DNA of 60,030 nt. Source: Ignavibacteriales bacterium (GTDB lineage: Bacteria; Bacteroidota; Ignavibacteria; UBA10030; UBA6906). This document shows positions 30,432 through 40,866 of this stretch, piece after piece. The stretch covers positions 1 to 60,030 of the forward strand of contig JBBIRR010000026.1 of the NCBI GenBank assembly GCA_037441705.1. The letters are read 5' to 3'. Position numbers and translations under genes: made by a program. Within the stretch, counting starts at the first letter, position 1. Every line of letters starts with the position of its first letter. The notes under the pieces were generated by a model, which saw only the letters and a list, made by a program, of their open reading frames with translations, did no database searches and was not told the origin of the DNA.

Positions 30432-31763
30432 TCAATGCTTCCCTGCGACTTCTGGTCCCGCATTGATCGTCTTAATGACCAGAAACAGGAACAGGACACC
30501 GATAACGAAGTACATCCCCGCGAAGCCCAGCAGAGTGAACAGCGTGTTGCCCGCCGAGACCATCGTCGAAGTTCCGTCCCGCATCTTCATCAGTCCGTAC
30601 ACCAACCACGGCTGACGACCGAGTTCTGCTGTCCACCATCCGGCGGTGTTAGCAATGTACGGAAACGGAAACGCAAGCATCAGTACCCAGAGAAACGGGC
30701 GCACGTTGTAGAGGCGCTGCTTGCGGAGCAGGTACAGTCCCACAAGCATAATGGCGATAAAGAACGTTCCGAGTCCCACCATCACGTGATAGCTGTAGTA
30801 CAGCAGCGGGATATTGGTCGGCCACGTGTCTTCGGGATACGCATCGAGGCCCTTCACCACTGCACCGAAATGTTGATAGGTGAGAAAGCTGAGCATGCGC
30901 GGAACATGGAGAGGATTGTCGAGCTTGCGTTTTTCCATATCGGGCTGGCCGATGAGAACAAGCGGCGCGCCTTCCTGCGTCTTGAACAACCCCTCCATCG
31001 CCGAGAACGTGACCGGCTGATGCTCGAGAACGTTCTTCACCTGTCCATCTCCTGTGGGAAAGGCAACAAGGATCGACGCGATGACACCAGCAATCACACC
31101 GGTGCGGACGAACAGCTTGCCGTACTCCTCGTCGCGATGCGCGAGCAGATAGTACGCACCGACCGCCGCAACGACGAACGCAGCGGTAACAACCGAACCG
31201 AGCATGTTGTGCGTGTACTGCCAGAGAATCCAGGGATTGAGAAGCAGTCCCCAGAAACTTGTCAGCCCAACGCTGCCATCGGGCTGCATTGCGTACGCAA
31301 CCGGATGCTGCATCCACGCATTCGTCGCGATGATGAGGTAGCCTGAAACCCACGACCCGAGGAACACCATGAACGCAGCGAAGAAGTGCATTTTAGGACT
31401 GAGACGTTTCTCGCCGAACAAGAACAGTCCGAGAAAACTGGACTCGAGAAAGAAGGCGAAGACACCTTCCATGGCGAGAGTCTGACCGATAACGCCGCCG
31501 GCAAACGCCGAGAACCGCGCCCAGTTGGTGCCGAATTGGAACTCCATCGGGATACCGGTGACGACGCCGACCGCGAAGTTGACGGCGAAGATTTTTGCCC
31601 AGAAGCGGGCGGCATTGTTGTAGAATTCGCTTCCGGTTTTCAGAGCAATCCCCTTCATGATCACGATGAGAAGGCCGAGTCCCATCGTGAGTTGAGGGAA
31701 GAGATAATGATACGTAATCGTGAAAGCGAATTGAAGTCGGTGAAGGAGGAGAGCGTCTTCCAT
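30432..31763 (-). CDS. cydA: Cytochrome bd ubiquinol oxidase subunit I
   Basis: RLQFAFTITYHYLF, EFQFGTNW, NAWMQHP and GWWTAELGRQPW. Confidence 0.97.
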   Translation of the reverse strand: MEDALLLHRLQFAFTITYHYLFPQLTMGLGLLIVIMKGIALKTGSEFYNNAARFWAKIFAVNFAVGVVTGIPMEFQFGTNWARFSAFAGGVIGQTLAMEGVFAFFLESSFLGLFLFGEKRLSPKMHFFAAFMVFLGSWVSGYLIIATNAWMQHPVAYAMQPDGSVGLTSFWGLLLNPWILWQYTHNMLGSVVTAAFVVAAVGAYYLLAHRDEEYGKLFVRTGVIAGVIASILVAFPTGDGQVKNVLEHQPVTFSAMEGLFKTQEGAPLVLIGQPDMEKRKLDNPLHVPRMLSFLTYQHFGAVVKGLDAYPEDTWPTNIPLLYYSYHVMVGLGTFFIAIMLVGLYLLRKQRLYNVRPFLWVLMLAFPFPYIANTAGWWTAELGRQPWLVYGLMKMRDGTSTMVSAGNTLFTLLGFAGMYFVIGVLFLFLVIKTINAGPEVAGKH

Positions 31764-31878
31764 TGTGGAATATCCTTTCAGTGCTTAGAGGTGGAAACGG
31801 CGATCGGTGAACATTGAAGATCGAGTGCCGACCACTGAAAAGGTACGAAAATGGCTGATGTGTCGGAAGAGGTCATCA

Positions 31879-31914
31879 CTGGATTCTGGATTCTGGATGC
31901 TGGATGCAGGATTC
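31879..31914. repeat. Tandem heptamer array (CTGGAT[T/G])n
   Basis: ctggatt ctggatt ctggatg ctggatg caggatt. Confidence 0.6.
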
Positions 31915-31935
31915 GAGATGAGAGGGCTTTACTTC

Positions 31936-32043
31936 GTCATGCTGAGCGTTGCTTTCCTAACGCGAAAGCATCCGGAACGGAGGCGCGAGTGGTTGATTCC
32001 TATTCTGGATTCTTCGCCTCTAAGAAGCGAGGCTCAGAATGAT
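31936..32043. repeat. REP-like palindromic element
   Basis: Ends GTCATGCTGAGC / GCTCAGAATGAT are inverted (10/12). Internal hairpins GCGTT..AACGC and GCCTC..GAGGC. Confidence 0.65.
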
Positions 32044-32127
32044 AATCAACGTTTGGACGTCACGGCTTCTGGGCACACAAAAAATGAACAGCAGGACGTA
32101 AAGCTTTTCTTCGCCTCCCCACCAACA

Positions 32128-32158
32128 ACAAAGCCCCGCCGATGACTCGACGGGGCTT
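32128..32158 (-). terminator. Probable terminator after the tricorn protease gene
   Basis: AAGCCCCG...CGGGGCTT inverted repeat about 20 bp after the stop codon. Confidence 0.6.
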
Positions 32159-32180
32159 GGTGCATGACGCAGATGCGCGC

Positions 32181-35100
32181 TTACTTGCTCTTGTCCGGCC
32201 ACGGCGGAGGCGGAGCGAGCTTCACCGGCTTCTTCGCCAACTCTTCCTTCACTACTTCAATCGCTTTGTTGAGCTGATCGTCGATTCCTTCAAACTCCCG
32301 CGCAGGATCGTTGTCAACATAAATATCCGGCTCGACGCCTTTCCCCTCCATCACCCACTCCTTACCCTCAACGTCGTACCGCGAGAACTCGGGCCTGTTC
32401 AGAAACCCACCGTCAAGCAGCGGCAGCGTGCCGCGAATACCGACCACGCCACCCCACGTCCGCTTGCCGATGAGTTTTCCGAGCCCGTATTTCCTGAAGC
32501 GATAGCCGACAATATCGCCGTCGCTGGCGGAGAACTCGTCAATCAGCAGCACCTTCGGGCCAAGGATTGCCGTTGCCGGATCGGGTGTCGGAACCGTGTT
32601 GCGTGCGATGCTGATGAGCGCAATCTCGCGGCGCAGTCGTTCGATGATCATCGGCGACACGTTGCCGCCGCCGTTGCCGCGTACGTCCACAATCATCGCG
32701 TCCTTGCGCGCTTGCGGATAGAAGTATTTGGCAAACTCGTTCAATCCGCCGACGCCCATGTCGGGAATGTGCACGTAGCCGACTTTCCCGTCGGTTGCCT
32801 TCGAGACTTTTTCGATGTTGCCCTGCACCCAGTTGTAGTAGTAAAGCGGACGCTCATCGGCGATCGGGACGACAACCGTTGTGCGGCTTCCGGACTCCTG
32901 CGGCCTGTCGTTGAGTTTCAGCGTCACCTGCTTGCCCGCTTTGCCGACAAGCGCTTCGTAGATATCCTGCATCGTGTTCGTCGGTTTGCCGTCCACCGCG
33001 ATGATGTAGTCTCCCTCTTTCGCGTCAACGCCGATCTCGGTGAGAGGTGAGCGCAGCGACTTGTCCCAGTTCTGTCCTTTCAGGATTTTGGCAATGCGGT
33101 AGTACTTGGTTGCTGCATCGCGCTCTATCTTTGCACCGAGGAGACCCAGCTCGATCCGTTCCGGCTTCGGGAAATCTCCGCCGCCAACGTACGCGTGGCC
33201 AATGTTCAACTCGCCGATCATCTCGCCGATGACATACGTCAGATCGGCGCGGTGGTTGACGTAGGGAAGAAGCTGTCCGTAGCGCTCGCGCATGGCGGGC
33301 CAGTTCACGCCGTGCAGGTGCGGGTCGTACAGGAAGTCCCGCATCTGCCGCCAGCACTCGTTGAAGATCTGATTCCATTCGGCGCGCCGATCGAGCTGCA
33401 CCTTCATATCGCTCAGATTCAACCTCTCCTTCACCTCGATCTTGCCCGTCGGCAGATCAATGATGGAGTATGACCCTTCGCTGCCGACGATCATTTTCTT
33501 GCCGTCGGCAGAGATTTCGAATCCGTTGAATTCTCCCAGCTCGGTCTCCTTCTGCTTGTCAAGATCGTACAGCACAAGCATCGGCTTTTCCTGCTTCCTG
33601 CTTGTGCGGATGTAGTACAGCTTGTCGCCGACGGATTGGAGATTTCTGTAGTTCGCTGCGGCGATGGGCAATGCTGTGACGCGACGCTGGAGACCTTCAA
33701 CATCAACCTTCACCGTCACTTTTTTCTCTTCTTTCTTCTCCTCCTTCTTCTCCGGTTCCTTCTTCTCGGTTTTTGTTTCCGGCTTCTCCTCCTTGATCTT
33801 CACCTCGTCCGATTTGGGTGCGAACGGCGATTTCACGTCCTTCGCGAGCGTGACGAGATAAATCCCTGCCATGTCCGCGTAGATGTGATTCCACTCCGTG
33901 CTGCCGTAGATGGGATTGAAGTTCCGCTCGGAAACATAGAACAGGTACTTGCCGTCCGAACTGAACGCCGGCTGATAGGAATCCGACCACCCGTCCGTCA
34001 CCGGATACGCTTTGCCTGCATCAACGGAGTAGAGATACACCGTCGTCATCTGTTTGTCTTCGGGCTGCGCGTAGGCAATCCACTTGCTGTCGGGTGACCA
34101 GGTGTAGTCGGAGTATTCCCACGCGGTTGCCTGAGCAACGAGTGTCACCTTCTTCGATCCGATGTCAACAAATTGCAGGCGGAGCTTCTTGTCAGCCCAG
34201 AGCAGTTTCTTGCTGTCGGGCGACCAGGAAGGCTGGTACTTGTAGGTATCGGCGCCCTTGGTGAGTTGCGTTGCCGGACCGCTGCCATCCTGCGGCGCAA
34301 TGTAAATCTCGTCCTCGCCGGTGACATCGGAAACATAGGCTATCCACTTGCCGTCGGGCGACCATTTGGAATTCCGCTCGTGCACGCCGGAACTTGCCGT
34401 GATGTTGCGCGTCGGTCCGTTCTTGGCGGGGACGGTGAACACGTCGCCGCGCGCGCCGAACAGCGCACGACTGCCGTCGGGCGCAATCTCGAAGTTCGTC
34501 ACCTCTTTGCTCACGTCACGCCATCCGCCGCGGCCGATATCAAAATCTTCTTGAATAGAGATGGAAACTTTCTCGGTTTTCTCGGTTGCGAGGTCGAGCT
34601 TGTAAATGTAGCCGCCGTTCTCGAACACGATAGCGTTGTCGCCTAACGAGGGCCACTTCACATCGAACTCGGTGAAGTTGGTGAGTTTCTTCGTTTGCCT
34701 GGTGGAGAGGTCGTACACAAACAGGTTCATCGTGTGGTCGCGGTCGGATGCGAAGTAGATTTTGCTACCATGCCACATGGGGATGATGTCCTGCGCGGGA
34801 TTGTTTGTAACGTTCTCCACTTTCTTTGTTTCGAAATCATAGATCCAGATATCGTCCGCCTGTCCGCCGCGATAATGTTTCCACGTTCGGAACTCGCGGA
34901 AGACACGATTGTACGCCATCTTCTTTTTGTCGGGAGAGAAGGAACAGAAGCCGCCGCGCGGCACGGGAAGTTGCTCGGGAATTCCCCCATCAACGAACGC
35001 GTAGAAGAGCTGCCCGATGAAGTCGTTCCTTTCGATTCGCCGCGAACGGAACACGATCGTTCTGTCGTCCTTCCACGTCATCACAATGTTGTTGGGACCC

Positions 35101-35447
35101 ATGCGGTCGGAGACATCGTCACGGCCGAGTGTTGCCGTGTACGTCAGGCGCCGCGGCACGCCGCCGTCGGCCGGCATCAGATAGACTTCCGTGTTGCCGT
35201 CGTACTGGCCGGTGAACGCGATCCATTTGCCGTCGGGCGAGAAGCGCGCAAACATTTCATACCCGATGTCGTTGGTGATTTTGCGGGCAACGCCGCCGGT
35301 GGCAGCAACCGCATACAAATCTCCCGCATACGTGAAGACGATCTGGTTTCCATGAATTGCCGGGAAGCGCAGGAGCCGCGCTTCCTGTGAGACCGCGAAG
35401 CTGTACAGCGTTATCAACGTCAGAATACTTCCAAGGATACGAGACAT
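32181..35447 (-). CDS. Tricorn-like S41 peptidase
   Basis: Signal peptide, PD40 propeller repeats (FSPDGKWIAF), PDZ domain, DVRGNGGG, catalytic SASDGD and GKRTWGG. Confidence 0.93.
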   Translation of the reverse strand: MSRILGSILTLITLYSFAVSQEARLLRFPAIHGNQIVFTYAGDLYAVAATGGVARKITNDIGYEMFARFSPDGKWIAFTGQYDGNTEVYLMPADGGVPRRLTYTATLGRDDVSDRMGPNNIVMTWKDDRTIVFRSRRIERNDFIGQLFYAFVDGGIPEQLPVPRGGFCSFSPDKKKMAYNRVFREFRTWKHYRGGQADDIWIYDFETKKVENVTNNPAQDIIPMWHGSKIYFASDRDHTMNLFVYDLSTRQTKKLTNFTEFDVKWPSLGDNAIVFENGGYIYKLDLATEKTEKVSISIQEDFDIGRGGWRDVSKEVTNFEIAPDGSRALFGARGDVFTVPAKNGPTRNITASSGVHERNSKWSPDGKWIAYVSDVTGEDEIYIAPQDGSGPATQLTKGADTYKYQPSWSPDSKKLLWADKKLRLQFVDIGSKKVTLVAQATAWEYSDYTWSPDSKWIAYAQPEDKQMTTVYLYSVDAGKAYPVTDGWSDSYQPAFSSDGKYLFYVSERNFNPIYGSTEWNHIYADMAGIYLVTLAKDVKSPFAPKSDEVKIKEEKPETKTEKKEPEKKEEKKEEKKVTVKVDVEGLQRRVTALPIAAANYRNLQSVGDKLYYIRTSRKQEKPMLVLYDLDKQKETELGEFNGFEISADGKKMIVGSEGSYSIIDLPTGKIEVKERLNLSDMKVQLDRRAEWNQIFNECWRQMRDFLYDPHLHGVNWPAMRERYGQLLPYVNHRADLTYVIGEMIGELNIGHAYVGGGDFPKPERIELGLLGAKIERDAATKYYRIAKILKGQNWDKSLRSPLTEIGVDAKEGDYIIAVDGKPTNTMQDIYEALVGKAGKQVTLKLNDRPQESGSRTTVVVPIADERPLYYYNWVQGNIEKVSKATDGKVGYVHIPDMGVGGLNEFAKYFYPQARKDAMIVDVRGNGGGNVSPMIIERLRREIALISIARNTVPTPDPATAILGPKVLLIDEFSASDGDIVGYRFRKYGLGKLIGKRTWGGVVGIRGTLPLLDGGFLNRPEFSRYDVEGKEWVMEGKGVEPDIYVDNDPAREFEGIDDQLNKAIEVVKEELAKKPVKLAPPPPWPDKSK

Positions 35448-35584
35448 GGTGATCCTTTCTGAATGTCTGGATGATTGGAGGGATTGGGTGATCTAACTTA
35501 CTGAGAATTCGTCCAAGTTACAAAGGCTGGTGGTCATTGTAACGAGCCGAGCAGGTGTTTTGTTTCGCCTCGGCGGCGTCGTTG

Positions 35585-36532
35585 TTACGGCGCTTTGCTC
35601 GACGATGAGTCCAGAATCCCCATCGTCAACAACTCCTGCTGAATCGTTCGGATAATCCGGGCGGTGAGTTCCGGATTGCGCGGATGGACATGCATCGATT
35701 CCAGCCAGATAATCTTCTTCGGCTCTCCGGCGTTGCGGTAGAGAAGTTCCGCGTTTGCGCGAGGGATTTGCTCGTCCGCCGTGCCGTTGATCATCACAAG
35801 AGGAATTGGCGAGATGTATTCGACAGAGCGGAGCGGCTCCAACGGGCGAAGCAGGAGTTCTCCCATCCATCCGACCATCTCGCTCACGACGGCGCCGCGA
35901 TACCGGCGGACGTTATGCCGAATCAGACTGCGAAGGTCGCCGCCGCCATAGACGACAAACGCTGCGACTGCGCGTCGGTCATAGCGGATGATGGTCGGAA
36001 CGAACGGCGCCCCGAAGCTGTAGCCGACGAGAACGAGTTTCGTCGTGTCCACATCCGGACGCGTGAAGAGATAGTCCGTCAACAGCATAACGGCCGGAAC
36101 CATATCCAACAACGCGCGTCGAATCTCTGGTACGTCCCACAGCAACTGCGGCAGAGTGTACTCCGGCTTCGGCGTGTAGCCGTAGTCGGGCGCGGCAAGA
36201 ATCACATCGTTGATGTCGAGCGCGAAATCCACCGCGTCCTTTCCCGTCGCCTTTCCGCCCAACACAATGATGGCCGGATAGCGCCCGGCCTGACGTCGAG
36301 GAACCAACAGACCGCAGTCCACCGTGAAGGCGTTTTCGTTGCGAAGCGTGAGCCAGAACTTCTCGCACTTGTCCGTCCCTCCCGCAGGCACGAGCTCGGC
36401 GCGAGAGAGGACACCACGCCGCGATTGAAACTCCTGCCCGTAGTCCTTTAGAGAGAGATGAGCGAGATGAAACAACCCAATGCACAAAGCAACGCCTCCA
36501 AGCGTCAGTCCGTTCTTGATCGCTGCTCTCAT
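35585..36532 (-). CDS. Alpha/beta hydrolase fold protein
   Basis: GYSFG nucleophile elbow, NGTADEQIP, a late His (SMHVHP) and an N-terminal TM helix. Confidence 0.75.
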   Translation of the reverse strand: MRAAIKNGLTLGGVALCIGLFHLAHLSLKDYGQEFQSRRGVLSRAELVPAGGTDKCEKFWLTLRNENAFTVDCGLLVPRRQAGRYPAIIVLGGKATGKDAVDFALDINDVILAAPDYGYTPKPEYTLPQLLWDVPEIRRALLDMVPAVMLLTDYLFTRPDVDTTKLVLVGYSFGAPFVPTIIRYDRRAVAAFVVYGGGDLRSLIRHNVRRYRGAVVSEMVGWMGELLLRPLEPLRSVEYISPIPLVMINGTADEQIPRANAELLYRNAGEPKKIIWLESMHVHPRNPELTARIIRTIQQELLTMGILDSSSSKAP

Positions 36533-36558
36533 CCCTCACCGTTGTACTCGCCGACGAA

Positions 36559-37686
36559 CTACCACCACAATCCCCCATCAACATAATCCCAGAGGAAGAA
36601 CGCGACAATCTTTCCGTCGAACGGTTTTGTACCGGCCACCGGGATTTCAGCGCCCAGCGAGAGTGCGAGGTGTCCTCGCTTCGTTATGCCCCAGTACACC
36701 TGAGGAATAAGCGAAAGCGTGTAGTCGGACGCGGCGAGATTCTTTTTCACAAAAACCTCCAGACCCGGAAATACTCCCTGTTTTGATTCGAACAGCGTGA
36801 GCATCGAAAGAAAACTGGCGCGAAGCTCGGGGTTTCCCTTTGTCCTGTCGAGTGGAATCTCGCCTTTGACACTGGTCGAAAGCTGGAGTGAGCTGCCGAT
36901 TCCCTGGGCTGCGGCAATGTACGGCACGGCCGTCACCGTTCCCGCTCCGAATCCTTTCGTCTCGCTTCCTGTCGGAAGCGCTGCCTCAAGGCCACCCGTC
37001 ACGATCGTAAGCGACCTGTAGTTGTCGTAAAATGCGTACTTCAAGCCCAGCTCAAGGTCACCGATGCCCGTGGCGGCTGTGCCTGCTGCGCTTTTGGTGA
37101 GGAGAGGCAGCTTGGCTTCGTACTGGAATCGGTTGCCGAAACGATTGGCGTAATACGCAACGACTTTCGTTTCCCGGTTTGTCACACCGTTTTCTTTCTT
37201 GAATTGGTAAGAAGGAATCAACAATGCTTCTTGTTCTACGAAGGCTTTCGTCGTGTAGTGGCCACGGAAGAAATTCAACTCGCCCTGAGGATACTTACTC
37301 TGATCAACAAACGACTTGACGTACTCGACCGTCTCCTCGATCTGCTTCTCCGTCAGGGCGTCGTTCCAGGCGGGCATGGACATGGAAAGTCCACGTACGC
37401 CGCCGCCATGAGCGACAACGGCTTGCCAGTCTTTCCGCTTTTCGCGTGAGCTGAAGTAGCCATCGGTAAAATCCGGCGGAGGGGCATCCATGCCCGCCAG
37501 CATCTCCGGATCAATGTTGCCGGTACCATCTTCTGCATGACAGCGTGCGCAGAACATTGCATAGATTTGCTTGCCGGAGAGTTTTTCCAGGGGAATCTCT
37601 TCCTCTTCCTGCTGTGCAGGCGACGGGTCACAGAGAAGAAGGAATAAACACACTACACCAAACACGCTAATCGTTCTGGGTATCAT
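36559..37686 (-). CDS. Monoheme cytochrome c fused to a transporter-like outer-membrane beta-barrel domain
   Basis: Signal peptide, CARCH, distal MSMPAW, then amphipathic strands (GIGDLELGLKY, LEAALPTG) and a terminal W. Confidence 0.7.
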   Translation of the reverse strand: MIPRTISVFGVVCLFLLLCDPSPAQQEEEEIPLEKLSGKQIYAMFCARCHAEDGTGNIDPEMLAGMDAPPPDFTDGYFSSREKRKDWQAVVAHGGGVRGLSMSMPAWNDALTEKQIEETVEYVKSFVDQSKYPQGELNFFRGHYTTKAFVEQEALLIPSYQFKKENGVTNRETKVVAYYANRFGNRFQYEAKLPLLTKSAAGTAATGIGDLELGLKYAFYDNYRSLTIVTGGLEAALPTGSETKGFGAGTVTAVPYIAAAQGIGSSLQLSTSVKGEIPLDRTKGNPELRASFLSMLTLFESKQGVFPGLEVFVKKNLAASDYTLSLIPQVYWGITKRGHLALSLGAEIPVAGTKPFDGKIVAFFLWDYVDGGLWW

Positions 37687-37982
37687 TCGTGATTTCTTCT
37701 TGGATGGAGATTGAACGAAGGAATGAACACACACCTCTTGCGCGCGTATCTTACACACTAACGGCGAAAGATGCAACACACATCCGTCATCCGGTTGCAT
37801 CCCGAAAAGTGTGGTCATTAGGCAGAGGAAACCCGACGACGATATCGGCGGCGCTTCACCAGATCCTCCTCAAAGCACTTGAATTCCTCTCGTCCGCTGA
37901 TAGTTTTCTCGATACTCAATCATCGGATAAACCCTTCTCTTTCTCGACCCCCTACCACACTTTTACGGATGCTTCTGAGAAG

Positions 37983-39269
37983 CTATCGCAGCAGCACCAT
38001 GCGCTTCGACTCGGTGAATTTTCCTGCCGTGAGCCGGTAGAAATACACTCCGCTTGCAAAGCCTTCGGCGTTGAATCTCACCTCATAGCTTCCAGGCTGG
38101 AGATTCTCGTTCACCAACGTCGCGACCTCATGCCCCAACACATCGTACACCTTCAATGTCACTCTCGCCGGATCCCCTTTTCTCCCGCTCGCCGATTCAA
38201 CAGAGAAGTGTATCGTAGTTGTCGGGTTGAACGGGTTGGGATAGTTTTGCTCGAGTGAAGATTCTTGTGGCAGACCGGTTACAATCTCCCTCACATCCGT
38301 GACTTGAGAGAGGGGTCGTTTCCACACACCCAGGTAACTTGCATACATGTTCGTTCCCATTACTGCGATCGCATTGACTGAACTCGGATCCGGCAGGCCG
38401 GTATTGACGGGACTCCAATTCGCTCCGTTATCACTTGTCCGATAGATGCCGCTGGCAACCCCCGTCCCCGAGTAGTTGAATCCGGCAAAAACAAACTGAC
38501 CGACAGAATAGACGGTAAAGCAATAACTCCCCGCCGGTATGCCGTTGCTTGCGCTCGACCAATTCGCTCCATTGTCCGTTGAAAGATAAACGGAACTCCC
38601 GCTTGCAGCCGCGAGTCCGCAAAAGAGATTGGAGCCACTGCGCGCAAGCGAGGAGACGTTTCTGTTGAATGCGGGAAGACCGTTGCTTGCCGCAGTCCAC
38701 GTTGCACCATTGTCCGTTGAGCGGTACACGCCGTTGGACTGAATTCCTGCCCAGAGTATCGTTCCATCAACAAGGATTGTATTCACACCGCCGAACCCCG
38801 GCAATCCCGTTCCCGGCCCGGTCCAGTTAGCTCCGTCGTTGGTAGAAACATACACACCACCCAACATGCTGCCGGCGTACAATGCATTGCTGCCGGCCGA
38901 TATTGTTCCGATGTACGGAAGGGAAATTCCGTTGCTCGTTTGCTCCCAGCTTGAACCGTTGTTCGAGGAACGGTAGATGTACCCTGCTGCTGCGAAGACG
39001 AATGAACCGCGGGCAACCATTCCGGTTACACCGCTTCCGGGCGGCAAGCCGTTTTTGACCTGCACCCACGTTGTTCCTTCGTCCTGTGTTCGTGCAATGC
39101 CTCCTGCGTAACCTGCAAACAACGTTGTCCCCGACACTGCCAACGCGAGCGCATTTGCGTTTCTCAATCCCGTTTGCGATGGAGCCCAGGTTGTCCCGTT
39201 GTTGGTTGATGCATACAGCCCGGCAGATGATCCGGCAAACACCTTGCCCCCGGACGCACCTGCGAACGT
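37983..39269 (-). pseudogene. 5'-truncated secreted BNR/propeller repeat protein with T9SS C-terminal domain
   Basis: STDNGATW-type repeats and QNYPNPFNPTT tail. No signal peptide; the frame opens abruptly after an in-frame stop at 39270-39272. Confidence 0.7.
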
Positions 39270-39550
39270 TCATTTATTCCATTCTTGAAGATCGCGACAG
39301 CAACCTTTGGATCGGGTCGGTCGGCGGCCTTTCGATTCTCAACCTAAACACCGGCGCCATCACGGAATATCTCACTTCGGTTTTCGGAGACGCAGACGGT
39401 GAGCAGGGTATGAGCGTCCATATGGTGGATAATGCGGGGGATGTGTGGATTTCATGTGCGCGTCACATTCATCGGTACCAACGAACGACGCGCACGTTTG
39501 TTGAAGTCGAATGGCCCGGTGGCGTTGCCGCACGGAATGTCACGGAGTGA
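39264..39550 (+). pseudogene. Inverted internal fragment of a Reg_prop sensor gene
   Basis: The + strand reads TFIYSILEDRDSNLWIGSVGGL...VDNAGDVWIS, i.e. sensor propeller repeats with no start of their own. Confidence 0.7.
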
Positions 39551-39948
39551 TAGGCAGAATCGTCGGGAAGGAATTTGAACTTCTGGGTGCGGGGGTCGAA
39601 CCGGTGGAGGCCCGCCGATGTTCCGACCCATATCGTGCCAGTGTGATCTTCGCACAACGACCAGACGGTATTGCTCTTAAGAGAGGAAGGGTCTTGCGCG
39701 TTGTGCCGAAAGACTTTGAACGAATAACCGTCGTAGCGGTTCAACCCATCAGCAGTGCCGAACCACATGAAGCCGCGACGGTCTTGCATGATACACCACA
39801 CGGAACCCTGGGAAAGTCCTTGGTCAACAGAGAGTCGTTCGACGCGGTGTTGCATGATATCGAATTGCGCATAAGCGGATTGCTGGAGAAGCAAAAGTCC
39901 GAAAAGAAACAGGCATCGCCCTGCGCCGAACACCAACCTTGTTGCCAT
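39541..39948 (-). pseudogene. N-terminal fragment of a Reg_prop sensor kinase
   Basis: Signal peptide, then DQGLSQGSVWCIMQDRRGFMWFGTADGLNRYDG..., losing similarity at about 39545. Confidence 0.75.
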
Positions 39949-40146
39949 GATGAGAAAGGAAATGGGAAAAAACCGGGATCGCAGAACAAACTTATGAAGA
40001 GAAATGGGCGAAAGCAATCAACTTGTGTGGCTCAGGTTGCAGCCCGAAAAGTGGGGTAATTACGCAGAGGAAGCCCGACGAGCAAAGGCGTGATTGAGGT
40101 GACGAACGCGAAGAGCCAGAAAGTTGTTAGCGCCTTGTCGGCTCCG

Positions 40147-40866
40147 TCATCTGCCGAACACCCACTCGGGCGATGAGTGTTTCGTTCTCGCGAGATCTTC
40201 GATCGCGGCAGTCGGCAGCCCCTCCGTGTGCTCGACGGCGTGCCAGACCGCAATGAGCGCTTGCTTGATGCGCGCTGTGTCCACTCCGATGTTGCAGACG
40301 AAATCGCTGTGCGCCCGCTGCTGTCGGTAGGCAGGCTGCCTGGGCGGGCGCCTGAGGTACTTCTCCATCAGCGCAAGATCGAACTGCAGAAGAAACGTCC
40401 CATGAAACAGCAGCGCGTTCAATCGGCGCCGCTGTGCATTGCCGGAACATTTCCTGTCGCCGATGGTCAAGTCGCTGCTGCCTTGCACGTGCACCGGCCG
40501 GCCGAGAACGTTGGCCAGCGCGCCGGCATGTCGCTGCATGACGAAGCGTGTCGTCTCCGTGATGTTGCGCGTCGGGCCGTCGGAGCGAATGGCGAGAACG
40601 AGCGAGAAGTTCAAGCAGCCGGGACCCTGCAGCACCGCGCCGCCCCCGCTGTGTCTCCGCAGAATCGGAATGCCGTCGGCACGGCAGGCATCCACATCAA
40701 CTTCCTCTCGTACCTTGTTGGAGGAACCGAGAACAACGAAGTGCTGCGGCGATTCCCAGAAGCGAAGAAGTTCTTCGCGGGTGTCTTCTTCCACGATGTT
40801 CAACAATATCTCATCGCATGCAAGATTCTCTGCAGGCGTTGCGAAAGTAACGTCAAGCCACCTCAT
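40147..40866 (-). CDS. Lipoate-protein ligase A family (catalytic domain only)
   Basis: ENLACDE, RRHSGGGAV, RKCSGNAQ and LFHGT. Divergent from the PDH operon. Confidence 0.9.
   Translation of the reverse strand: MRWLDVTFATPAENLACDEILLNIVEEDTREELLRFWESPQHFVVLGSSNKVREEVDVDACRADGIPILRRHSGGGAVLQGPGCLNFSLVLAIRSDGPTRNITETTRFVMQRHAGALANVLGRPVHVQGSSDLTIGDRKCSGNAQRRRLNALLFHGTFLLQFDLALMEKYLRRPPRQPAYRQQRAHSDFVCNIGVDTARIKQALIAVWHAVEHTEGLPTAAIEDLARTKHSSPEWVFGR

Noticed and set aside
39264-39550. Programmed invertible (phase-variation) segment
   Set aside because: No proper inverted repeats at the two ends, no recombinase nearby, and flipping does not restore a full-length gene.
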